DNA of 63,448 nt, counting the filler, from Folioceros fuciformis (lineage: Eukaryota), in the NCBI GenBank assembly GCA_049999805.1. It is 5 parts of 5 records of this genome, joined end to end, with 100 filler letters (N's around TTAATTAATTAA, not from the genome) between each part and the next. Parts side by side here need not be neighbours in the genome. Positions count along the whole stretch, not along the records: positions 38,215 to 45,239 come from JBNGIO010006167.1; positions 45,340 to 48,265 come from JBNGIO010006170.1; positions 48,366 to 63,448 come from JBNGIO010006171.1; 2 more parts are not named here. The stretch is one strand, 5' to 3'. The notes below the pieces were generated by a model. The model worked only from the letters and a program-made list of their open reading frames with translations. It made no database searches and had not been told where the DNA came from. Positions 40,911 to 51,270 of the stretch are shown piece after piece (the stretch's first letter is position 1; the number at the start of each line of letters is the position of its first letter). A program made the position numbers and the translations under genes.

Positions 40911-41416
40911 GCACTAGGGGTTTTCCAGCGGGCACAAAAATAAAAAGGACCAGTCTTGGTGGCCCACTGGGGAACAGGTTCTGCACGTGTTTGGTACGTT
41001 AGTCTATGTGCTTGGCAACATAATTTAAGAGCAGTGTACACACTTGGTGACCTTCGAGAACACTGGATTCTGCACATGTTTGGTACCAGAGTCTACGAAC
41101 TTGGCCAGATAACTTATCTTCCTCTGCAACGTCAACGGGACAAGGAAAGCGCAAGTCCTCTGCGCAAGCAAAATCGAAGGAAAGAGGTGATCACAGCACA
41201 ACTGTTGTGCTGCTCATGTTGCCAACCAGATCTACTTCAAACCTTTTGCTAAGACACCATCGGCTGCTTCTCTCCAGGTCTGAGGCTCTGGGACCCATCC
41301 AACTCGTCAGACTGACTGTACTCGAACTTCGACCGAGCTTGCGTACCACCATGTACCTGATTGCTTGAAAGCAGACACTTGTCAGAGGTGGAACAACGGA
41401 AAGGGACAAACACCCA

Positions 41417-43090
41417 TCAACTTGCTCGGAAGAGACGACACGAATTTTTCCAGAATGAGGAACTGTCGCCTTTGCCTGTGGAAATGTGACTCCATTTTTG
41501 GTTGGGAATGTTGTACCCCACCAAGTGCGTGTACAAGCCATCTTCACGGTCGCAGATTATGCCAGTAGCAATAATGAAGAACAGGGTGTCACCCAACAAG
41601 GTTGCTCCATACAAGGTGCTCCTCCAACCCCTTGCCCGTCGTCGGTACTTGCCTCGTCCCAAGAGCTCTTTCTGCAAATGCTCAGGCAGAAACGACACCT
41701 TTCGCCACATGTGTGAACTTGTTTCCAGCTGCCAAATCCCGAAATTCACCAAGTGCTCCTGGCGTTCGTCTTGTTCAAGGCAAAAAATTCTCCCCCCCCA
41801 CGCAAAGAATTTCTGAATATCTCTGGGCTCCATATCGCCGTCATCGGGAATACTCATGTTACCCGGGTTGCCATCCCAAATAACCCGGCCACTCTTGAGA
41901 CAATGGATGCTCATCGAGTTGCCCCACCGTGACCTTGTACCCCACTTGGCTTCGCACAGATCATCATTCCACAAAAAATAGTGAGGGAAGTCGTTTGAGC
42001 GCTCTTTCACAGAAAACCAGAGTGGCTGAGTCAAAGCAGTGGCCTCCCACCTATTTCCCTTATTCCTGGACCTGTAGATGCTCAGAGTTGGTTTATCTGT
42101 CCGCATGCACAAAACAATGAGGGTAAAGTGTCCGCTTTCTTCCTCCTCAAGTTGGATTCTCCAGGACTCCGGGTAGCCATGAAAGTCAGCTTCCACGCCA
42201 TGCTCCGGTGGCAGCACTTTGAACGTTCTCAGAATAGGATTGGCAACGCAGAAACTCATACCTTCTGCGTTCTTGCAATCGTTCTCATAATCTCGATTGC
42301 ACTTACGCATATTGTCATCCACTGCCATTGAGTACCTCTCCTCCTCTTCTTGGTCCTCCTCCTCCTCCTCTTCGTCGTCGACTTCTTCATCCTCCTCCTC
42401 CTCCTCCTCCTCTTCCTCTTCCAAATCCTCTTCGCCTTCCCCTTCCTCTGCCTCATCACCCTCCTCCACCTCCTCCATCCTCAGCTGCTGGATTTTAACC
42501 TTAGGTCTTCCAACGGGCTTCTTTCGGTCAACTTTGAATATGCAGACCAATCCCCCCTTCCCAACGAACTCTCGGACTCCGAAAGACTGGAATTTGAGAG
42601 GAAGAAAGGACAGCCCAACCTTGATGACCTCCGACTTCCCCATGTCAGCGGGCGATTGAACATGCATCTCCTGCTCGCCAAGTTTGTACTGCAGTCTACA
42701 TATTGCAAATGTAGGTCGAGGCTCCATAGAGTCGCACAAGGAATTGAATTCCGAAGACACCAACAAAGACTGCCATGTCCTGGAAACACTGGAGAAGCGA
42801 ACACGGCTGCCCGATGGCAGCCTGGCCAGGATTAGATGTAGACACTCCTGGGGCAAATTGCTCCACAAACAAGGCTTCATCTCCAAGGTGTGTGGATCCA
42901 ATGGTTCCGACAACTGACCATCCAACACTCGTAGCTCGAAATGAGGTTTTCCGATCCATGTACGACACAAACTGCACCTGGTAGTGAGCCCATAGCTCCG
43001 AGAATTGTTCCAACGCCGGTTGTTCTCCTTACATTCCGGGCACACATCCTCCACGCGGATACTTTTCTGGCACGATTTTATGTTTGCCAT
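41417..43090 (-). CDS. F-box protein (Cys4 N-terminus, F-box, poly-Glu insert, kelch/FBA-like C-terminal region), 557 aa, intronless
   Basis: First ATG at 43090. CPEC...CSLC, WSNLPQECLHLILARLP...VSRTWQSLL, GGLVCIF, acidic tract, FCVANPILRTFKVLPP, IWQL...WRKVSFLP, LVGYNIPNQKWSHI. Confidence 0.85.
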   Translation of the reverse strand: MANIKSCQKSIRVEDVCPECKENNRRWNNSRSYGLTTRCSLCRTWIGKPHFELRVLDGQLSEPLDPHTLEMKPCLWSNLPQECLHLILARLPSGSRVRFSSVSRTWQSLLVSSEFNSLCDSMEPRPTFAICRLQYKLGEQEMHVQSPADMGKSEVIKVGLSFLPLKFQSFGVREFVGKGGLVCIFKVDRKKPVGRPKVKIQQLRMEEVEEGDEAEEGEGEEDLEEEEEEEEEEDEEVDDEEEEEEDQEEEERYSMAVDDNMRKCNRDYENDCKNAEGMSFCVANPILRTFKVLPPEHGVEADFHGYPESWRIQLEEEESGHFTLIVLCMRTDKPTLSIYRSRNKGNRWEATALTQPLWFSVKERSNDFPHYFLWNDDLCEAKWGTRSRWGNSMSIHCLKSGRVIWDGNPGNMSIPDDGDMEPRDIQKFFAWGGRIFCLEQDERQEHLVNFGIWQLETSSHMWRKVSFLPEHLQKELLGRGKYRRRARGWRSTLYGATLLGDTLFFIIATGIICDREDGLYTHLVGYNIPNQKWSHISTGKGDSSSFWKNSCRLFRAS

Positions 43091-43454
43091 GGATTGCTCC
43101 ACAAACCCCGACGGACTGGACACAGATGCCGCAGGCTGCGTCACGATGGAACCGCTAGTTTGCGCGCGCAAAAGGAAGATTTATGAAGTCGTCTCGCGTT
43201 TAAAAATCCATATACCGTCCTCTATAAAACACTTCACAACCATGCTCAAATAAACGTACAGATTAATAACATTAGTATTAATACTAATTACGATGAGAAC
43301 GAAAAACAACAAAACTCAAGACCATAGCCAATATCTTTCTTCCTTAAGAAAAATTACATATTACTTCAATCACATCATAATGAAGAATAACATATAATTT
43401 TGGATCGAGGAAAGAAGACTTGGAAGAAGTGTCCCCTACTTGACTACTATTATT

Positions 43455-43622
43455 ATTGAAAGGGCTCTTTAGAATGCTATGCAGACACATTCACATGGGT
43501 CTTTGGAAGGGGAGGGGGACATATTCAAAGGGCTCTTTGGAAGGCAACGAGGACACATTCAAAGGGCTCNNNNNNNNNNGGCCATGGGGACACATTCAAA
43601 GGGCTCTTTGGAAGGCCATGGA
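43455..43622. repeat. Degenerate ~33-bp tandem repeat (acattcaaagggctctttggaagg)
   Basis: About five copies spanning a short N gap. Confidence 0.7.
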
Positions 43623-43949
43623 GACATGCTCTGGGACATCATAGGCTATGAAGCAAGAAAGGAACATCTTTGTGCGATGCCTTTGGGTATGGTAGGTTTA
43701 GATACATGCCTTCATGAAATTATTTGAGTCCTTGGCCTTGCACCATCCGTTTTGAGTATGAACAAGATAAAAGTATGCCAAGCTTGCAATCCACTGGACT
43801 TTCCCTTTGGATATTGAAGCCTGCACCCTTAGCTCTTTACCTTTAGCATTACCATTGGCACTAGCATGCATTATCCTCACCATGGTCGTTGGGTGATAAC
43901 ATTTGTGAGGAGTTCGATTTCCTAATTTGAAAAAAGATGGTTTATTAAG

Positions 43950-44130
43950 TTGACATAAGATGGTTTCTTGAGCCGATTTAAGATAATTTCTGGAGATGAG
44001 CTAAGAAAGTTTCATAAGCCAAGCAAAGATAGTTTCTTGAGCCGAGCTCAGATAGTTTCGTAAGCCAAGCGAAGGCAGATTCCTAAGCCAAGCCAAGATG
44101 GTTTCCTAAGCCAAGCCAAGATATTTTCAT
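43950..44130. repeat. Degenerate ~23-bp tandem repeat (agccaagccaagatggtttccta)
   Basis: About eight imperfect copies. Confidence 0.65.
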
Positions 44131-45239
44131 AATTGAAATCGACCATCCCTAGTGCTATGTCTCTAAAATGTTCAAGATAGAGGGTTCTCAAAGTGGTTCC
44201 TTGGTGTCATGCGGGCTTCCTTGCTTCTTCCCATCCTGATTCATGGAGTCAGAATTGCACATTTTGAGAGCAAGACATGATAGTGGATAGTGTCACCCCC
44301 ATTACATATGCATTGAACTTCAAGCTGTAGAATCTTCCCCTTTTCCCAAAGACGAGGTTGATGATAACACCTAGTTTTTGTTGGACGTTATTGTTATAGA
44401 ATCAGTGTTTTTTATCCCTCAAGCCTAGGTTGGTGCCAACACATTTGTGACTATCATTAGCCTAGGATAGGCTGCCACTCCTCCTCTTGAGCACTTCTTG
44501 CATTTCTTGTATTTTTAATTTAAGTCTCATGGATTTAAAAAAAAAACGTTCTCGGAAGACAATTTCTTGAGTCGCATCAATAACCATCACTTCACCGCTA
44601 AAACCTTAGCACACATACACAAGATAAAGGTGTACCTAGATACACTAACTTGTTCAAAGTTACATTTGATATATAAGTAGGACATGGAGAATTTATTGGA
44701 AAGCAAGATGGAAAAATGTATTTACCCCCAAAAATGAAGAAAAATCCTGACCTTAGACGGAAGGGTTCGTTTGCGGGCATTCTTCCTAAGGTCAAGATCA
44801 CAATGAGGTGTTTCTTTCAAGCTTTGGCACTACTACACCTCTAGAGAAGGGGATGCTGATTAAATATGAAGGTCACAGCACATAATGAAGTGGAGAGGGA
44901 GACACCCGTAGGAAATGTGGAGTGAGGTGCAAACCTTGTGTGGAATGGAAAAGGTTGGTAATCAGTCTAAATTAGTCTAGGAAAGTCTAACTTGGTTCCT
45001 TTTTGCTTAGGATAGTTCGAGGGAAAGCATGTGGAAGGTAAGTTTCTGGGTAAGTGCCCATGGTAGGTAGTGAGCGGCTGGTGAAGGTTCTATTGGATTT
45101 GTTTAGTTCTATTTTGGTAGATTAGGTGTGTGGTAATAGGACGAGGTAGTCTATTTTGGTAGATTAGGTGTGTGGTAATAGGATGAGGTAGTTGTCGCGC
45201 AGCAGCCGCATAGCTGCATGCCTACCTAGCCTGTCTACC

Positions 45240-45339
45240 NNNNNNNNNNNNNNNNNNNNNNNNNNNNNNNNNNNNNNNNNNNNTTAATTAATTAANNNNN
45301 NNNNNNNNNNNNNNNNNNNNNNNNNNNNNNNNNNNNNNN
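45240..45339. other. Artificial contig-joining spacer
   Basis: N44 + TTAATTAATTAA + N44. Confidence 0.97.
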
Positions 45340-45792
45340 TACGATCTCGGCTTGGGGGCTGTGGATGAGGCGAGCGTGATTGGGAAAGGCACGTCAAGCT
45401 GGTGGTTTGGCATTCGGCGGCTCCAGATCGGAAGGGTTTGAACACGCGAGGTGCGAGCTTCCAGCAAGTTATGCACGAGATTTTAGGAGCCACGCTCTTC
45501 TGGATTTGGTTGTGGAGTGATGCTTGAGGCTGAGCCTAGTTCACGGGTTTAGCCCAGGGTTTCGCTGCTAATTGGATCTATGTTGTTGCTTGGCTGGCGC
45601 TGGTAGTGACAGCGTACGCTTAGTTTTAGCGGCGTGTGGAATGGCTTGAGAAGGCAGCTGTTGCATGTTGTGCTGGTGTGGACGCTTTGTTCTACAGGCC
45701 TGCACCTTAGGGTTTGCGGTGGTCTTCTTGGACGCTGATGGATGGTTTATTGCGATGATGAGGCACAGTCCTGGCGAGCGTGAAGGAACAGA

Positions 45793-47769
45793 ATGGATGC
45801 TACGTTCTTTTTCAAATATATGGCTGACACTGAAAGGAGAGGGCTCGTTGAGCTTCCTAATTGGGAGAACCAGGCTGTTGGCCATTTGCAAGAAGAGATA
45901 TGGAAGAAGTCCATGGATGATTTGAAGAATTTCGATGGTATCAGGGTGCCTGGGAATCTGAAACTGTGGCTCCATGACGAGAGCAAGCCTGAGGAGAGCA
46001 AGTTCCTTGACGTGGAAGAAAATCTAGACGGAGTCTTCAGAGCTGATCTTTTATCCAGTGCAGACAGCAGAAATGCACGCAAGAAGAAGAAAGTATACAT
46101 CACCCCTGTTGGGGCAGAAAACTGGAATGATGCTTTTGTCGTGAAGGCCACCCCTCTTGCTCTGGCACCAGCAGCAGCACCCGCCAGGAAACCCTCAGGA
46201 GTGCCGTATGATGGGTTGTTGGGAAGACCTTATAAGATACTGAGAAGGAAGACTGTTGAGGGAATCTCGAACAAGTTACTGGAGAATGGAGTTGTGGTGA
46301 TTCGGGGTCCTCCACAGTCAGGCAAGACCTCCCTTGTCGAATTGCTGGCAGACCATTTCGGAAGTATGCCTGGTTACAGGGCAGATCTTTTGTGCATGAG
46401 GCTCCACGAGGACAGGGAATCGTTGAATGATGTGTTCAAAGCTCAATTTGAAATGTCATGGTTAGATTATATTGATGACAAGAGTGTCGTGAAGATCTTA
46501 CTGGTGGACGAAGCACAGGTTCTGTTCGATGTGAAACGTTGGAAGTGTGATTCTTTTTTTAATTACACAAGGGTGAGAGATCGTCACTTGAGGATAGTCT
46601 TTGCTTTCGTCCAAGGGTGCAGGGCAAGTCATAGCATGGTGTCAGCTGTGACCCCTAGTCCAGCCAACCTGGCGGCGCGACCTGAAGTTAGACTTTGGGG
46701 ATGTGACGGATGGGACGAAGGATCTCGTTACCATCTTGCCCTGACAGATGATGAGTATCGTGAGCTATGGAATTCCTGGTTGGGGCACGTTCGAGATTGT
46801 TGGCTGCCGTTGCAGCTGACTGATTACATCAAGGATTACGTTGGTCGGATTTGCAGGATGCAGCCTGGGCTCATATGTCCAGTTTTGGATTATCTTTACA
46901 AAAAGCTGATGTATGGTAGTATTCCCCCAGAAAAGCATGAAGCTAGGGCCATGCAGTTGTTGACATCTTACTCATTTTACATGGAAATGAAGAACATCAA
47001 ATCCATGTTTGACCACCTGAAACCAAAACTTGCAGATTTTCTACTTCGGCTCTGTACAAGCGAAAGCGACGATATCGCTCTACATGACATTGCACGTGAA
47101 GGCGAGGGAATGGGTCCAGCTGCCCTTTACCAGATGGGGCAATATGCTATTGCAGAAGATGGTCGGGTTAGCTTCGTGAGCCCTCTTCATCGTATGGTTT
47201 TCCTTATCGATCATTTCAAGTTGGTATCAAAAGGGAAGTCCAGTCTGGGGACAAATGATCTGGACTTTAGTAAATACATAAGGCGTGCTGTAGGTTTAAT
47301 GGATACAGATGCACTTGCGAAATCAGCAGGCATCACTGCAGCAGGCACACGGAATGAGCGAGTTTATATGGATGAGTTCTACAAAGTGGGAACCAGTTTA
47401 TTACCCGAGTCTGCAATCTGGAGTCCTGAAGTAGGGTATGTGTACGGAGTCTCCGGAAGAGTGGATTATTTCTGCGGCGACCTCGGCTGGCTTATAGAAG
47501 GTATGAGAGATGGGTTGGACAAGGAAGGGCACTTGAAACGATTCAGAGAAGGAGGCCAATACTGGCATTTTTTTGAGCTAGATCTGGTGCAAAACTGGGC
47601 TGTTTTGGATTTTGCACCTGAGAGTATTGATTTTGAAGAATCTTCGGAGGGCTTCTGGCAAATCCGGTTTGATAAAGGGTTCACAGCTGCTACAATTAAG
47701 ACTCCTGCGGGGGAAACTCTGACCGAGCCCCTCAAGGGCGCGTGTGCCATGGAGTGGAGTAAGACGTAG
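45793..47769 (+). CDS. Crinkler/CR-like protein: Ubl-like header + P-loop NTPase + restriction-endonuclease-like C-terminus, 658 aa
   Basis: Walker A GPPQSGKTSL, Walker B LLVDEAQ, and C-terminal ERVYMDEFY...SPEVG...GRVDYF...WLIEGMRDG...HLKRF...GGQY. N-terminal VGHLQEEI, NLKLWL and KVYITP resemble the CRN header. Confidence 0.8.
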   Translation: MDATFFFKYMADTERRGLVELPNWENQAVGHLQEEIWKKSMDDLKNFDGIRVPGNLKLWLHDESKPEESKFLDVEENLDGVFRADLLSSADSRNARKKKKVYITPVGAENWNDAFVVKATPLALAPAAAPARKPSGVPYDGLLGRPYKILRRKTVEGISNKLLENGVVVIRGPPQSGKTSLVELLADHFGSMPGYRADLLCMRLHEDRESLNDVFKAQFEMSWLDYIDDKSVVKILLVDEAQVLFDVKRWKCDSFFNYTRVRDRHLRIVFAFVQGCRASHSMVSAVTPSPANLAARPEVRLWGCDGWDEGSRYHLALTDDEYRELWNSWLGHVRDCWLPLQLTDYIKDYVGRICRMQPGLICPVLDYLYKKLMYGSIPPEKHEARAMQLLTSYSFYMEMKNIKSMFDHLKPKLADFLLRLCTSESDDIALHDIAREGEGMGPAALYQMGQYAIAEDGRVSFVSPLHRMVFLIDHFKLVSKGKSSLGTNDLDFSKYIRRAVGLMDTDALAKSAGITAAGTRNERVYMDEFYKVGTSLLPESAIWSPEVGYVYGVSGRVDYFCGDLGWLIEGMRDGLDKEGHLKRFREGGQYWHFFELDLVQNWAVLDFAPESIDFEESSEGFWQIRFDKGFTAATIKTPAGETLTEPLKGACAMEWSKT

Positions 47770-48265
47770 GGGGGCTTGCAAAGTGTGTGTTAATTGTGTG
47801 TAACATCGGCTTTCCATTACAACACTGTGAACAGGTGGCAGTCTCTTACCCTTAGATGGGTCGTCGATCTTTAACACCTCGAAGAGACAGACTTGTGTTG
47901 GAAACTGTCTGATTCTAGGGTACATTGTCTGTCTCTGAAATTTGAAGCCCTATATTGAGGCTTGTGTTTGTGAGTCTGGGCCTGAACTATCACATGCTCA
48001 TTAGCTACATATACTCAAAAAGTGGCACACGCTTTGGGTGGCTGACAGTGGTGAGTAGAGAAGTTTGCTGTTTTGTGACTTGCGATATAGTTGAGTTCAT
48101 GAAAGAGAATTTGTAGGGGTGGGTTACCCAGTTGTGTGGCAAGCTAATGTAGTGGCAGAATGTTTCCTGAAAGTTTTTGAACTCGACGGTGTAGTGGAAG
48201 GTGATTGAAGACTTATGATCTGAAGATGGTAGGCCGGCTCACAGATGAAGTTGAAGGCTGGCAAA

Positions 48266-48365
48266 NNNNNNNNNNNNNNNNNNNNNNNNNNNNNNNNNNN
48301 NNNNNNNNNTTAATTAATTAANNNNNNNNNNNNNNNNNNNNNNNNNNNNNNNNNNNNNNNNNNNN
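48266..48365. other. Artificial contig-joining spacer
   Basis: N44 + TTAATTAATTAA + N44. Confidence 0.97.
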
Positions 48366-49366
48366 TTCATTTACGTCGACCCCAAGGAAGAATTTGTTGT
48401 TGGCAGAGGCATCGCCCCACAAACCTTGAATCACATTCCGGCCATTCTCAAAAGACTTAATGCCACTGTAATCGAAGGAAAGCGTGGAGTCTAGGTAGAG
48501 TTTTTTAAGTGTGACTTTGCCGGTAGTAGGATCGATTTCACCTGCGGGGCTCCCATGGGGAGCAGCAACCATCAATTTGATGAGCTTTCAGAGCCAACCC
48601 AGTGAAGGGCGCACACGCGCATTCACAAACAACCGATTTCAAAATTGCAGAAAGATTTGCCTAGTAAGAACGGACGACAGCTCCTAAGGCGTACCGGTCC
48701 ATGTGAAATCCCCTTGATCGTCGGAGCCACTGCCGTAGATCTTGTTATCCGGGGTTGTATACAGGGTTGTGGTCACGGGGTACCGAGTACCATCCTGCTC
48801 ATAGTAGCCAGTGTAGCTCTCCTCCAGTGCCTGATTCACCAGCAAGAAGCAAGAAATCCTGGTAAGCCACTTGAACGACGTGGACGATCCTTGCCTCCAG
48901 TGGAACAGGTGAAAGAATCCGTGAAAGGTAGGGTCTAGTGTAGACGCGAGCTAGCTGGGACCAGAAATGCTCGGGGTCAAAAGATTGAACATATTGCAAG
49001 TGAGGAACGGGAAGGACTTCGTACATATGGGTGCTTTTGAAGTTGGAAGGTGCCGGAATCGGAGTCGACTTTCCACGTTCCGTCGATTGTGTCGACGCCA
49101 GCAGAGGACGTACTCCTGGTGCCGGTGTAGGTGATGACATGGTCATGAGGCTTGCCACCGACATACCGCTTCTCAAGAACCACATCCCGGCTGCTACCGA
49201 TCTGGCCTTTCCAAGTCCAGGAGCCCAGGCCATCGACACCCGAACCGGAAAGCGTGACGCCATCGGCAGCGGTGATCAACAAGGTGAACTCGGATCCCGC
49301 AGAGATGGGCTCTTTGGTTCCGTCTTGCTCGTACCAGCCAGCCCAAGCTTCCGTGGTCACAGCCAT
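48366..49366 (-). CDS. Uncharacterised protein with two tandem ~110-aa all-beta (calycin/avidin-like barrel?) domains; at least 3 exons, 3' end truncated
   Basis: Exons 49366-49025, 48830-48695 and 48541-48366 with GT-AG introns of compatible phase. The repeats align: GWYEQDGT/GYYEQDGT, GSGVDGLGSWTWKG/GSGSDDQGDFTWTG, VVLEKRY/VTLKKLY, YTG/YSG, IDGTW/IQGLW. Confidence 0.82.
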
Positions 49367-49721
49367 GGGTGTGTCTGTGTTTCGGCAGTCTGTTCACAGA
49401 GGCTGAGGTGAAGGTGACAGAGGTAGCTGCTGGTGTAATAAACTCGCACATTGCTACTCCTTTGTAGTAGCCAGCGCTGGAGCTTTTGGCGTCTTAGCTT
49501 TTTGGGCTGCATACGCCTTATGAATTAATAATAATAAAAGTAGCCAGCGCGGGATGGGAGGTACACAGGGTGAGAGCAAGTTGGTTACTCGGTATGTCCG
49601 AATCAAAGAAAATAAGGTGTCGTCGGCATTTCATAAGCAGATTCATTGCTGGATATTAGCCCTTTTTTATTGTATATATTAAAGAAACGTAGAGGTAGCT
49701 TCCTCGGGTTTTAGCCTATAA

Positions 49722-49815
49722 ATTATTGACTGCCATGCGCATTATTGACTGCCATGTGCATTATTGACTGCCATGCGCATTATTGATGCCATGCGCATTA
49801 TTGACTGCCATGCGC
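49722..49815. promoter_or_regulatory. 19-bp minisatellite (5 units) carrying four W-boxes (TTGACT)
   Basis: Unit attattgactgccatgcgc; unit 4 has lost the C. It lies ~360 bp upstream of the ATG at 49366. The repeat is seen directly; a regulatory role is inferred. Confidence 0.5.
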
Positions 49816-51270
49816 AATGGCGAGGCGACAGAGAGAGAGAAGTATTTTTAATACTACACGAGTGTACCGGTGACCGTAAGGTCTCGGTTACCGCTCGCGT
49901 TTTTTTCTCCCCGCCCCGCCCCGCCCCAACCAGTGTCGTCAAGCTGCGTTGCTTTTTTCCCCGGACGTCAACATTCGAATTCTTCCTGTTCCGATTGTTC
50001 CTTTGGGCGTCCCTTCAATCCCTCCCTCCCTTCAAAACATGTGGATGGCTGGGACGTGAGGCGCCTTCGCGTCGGGGCTTGTGGACGCTAGGGACTAGCA
50101 CGATTCGGATTGTTAAAGCAGCTGAGGTGGGTGCAGCCTTTTCGGGTTTGCATCGGAGGCGAGGTGGAAAGTGCAGGTCCGGTAAACGGAGCCGCTACGT
50201 GCCCCCCTACTGTACATTCCCATTCACGATAGCTGTTGCAGCCAGCAGGTGTCCGTCCTGGCCCCGGGCAGCCTAGATGGATGGCACTGCTCATATCTGC
50301 AGCATGTATCCGTTTGCTAACATCAGTTCAAGCCGAGCGCACTTTACACGTGTAGCAGATGATATGTAGAACCATTGAGGAATCCCAGGATCCGGATGTG
50401 AAGGCGATGCGTATTAATTCTGCCCTGGGGGGCATGCCCCCTTGATGTGCGCAGCGCTGCAGTACAGGTTCTTGACTGCTGGACCTGGTGCATGCTCCTT
50501 GGCTGCCGTTTCAGCTCCTCTGCAGAGTCTGAAAGCGACACCAGGTTGGGATACTGACGACAGCGCAGCGCGGGGAACCGTCATCGCTTGCGTACAATTC
50601 CAACACATGCGTTGGGTAAAGTCGTCCAATCCCACTGCGCGCATGCGTCTACAGTATCCGGATCCGCCTGGCCTGTGATACGCTGGCGACTGGAGGCTCT
50701 CGATCGCAGGATAAGGCCCACAATGCTCAGAGTCGCCAACGTGCTTGCAAAAGTACATCGTACTTACACTTGGATTGCGGTGCCCAGCCGCCTTGCATGT
50801 TTGTACCGGGACTCGCGAGTCGGTGGTCGGTTGCCTGCTGCTGTGTACTTTTAATCCAATTAAATCTCGAAGCAGCGAAGTGTGCAAGCCCCACTTTTTT
50901 TCCTTTTCCGACAACAACTATTTCCAATTGATAAGAAAATATGCTGGGTGTCAGTCACCACAGCTACCTACCTATATAACGAGGCCTGGGGGAATGCGGT
51001 GGGAGCAGCGGCAAGCGGGAGGCTGGTACCCGAGTACTCGTAGCGAGAGTCTTTGGTTCGCCTTCGTCACCTTACGCAGAGTCTTGCATTCCAGTTGTGC
51101 ACATTTCGCTAGACCACTAGACATTGTTCGTAGCCTATCTGTATGTTTGCAGGTCTGTTTGAAAGTTTACAAGGTGAGCCGCGGTAGCGGTGTGCTGGTG
51201 GATTGATGAATTGGTTGTACAGGAATCCACATCGGCTTCCTTTTCAAGGCCTGCCCGCTGAATTCCTGCG

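Noticed and set aside
49764-51206. ORFs of 150-170 aa between the divergent genes
   Set aside because: No recognisable motifs or codon bias and mostly non-ATG starts. A decayed gene cannot be excluded.
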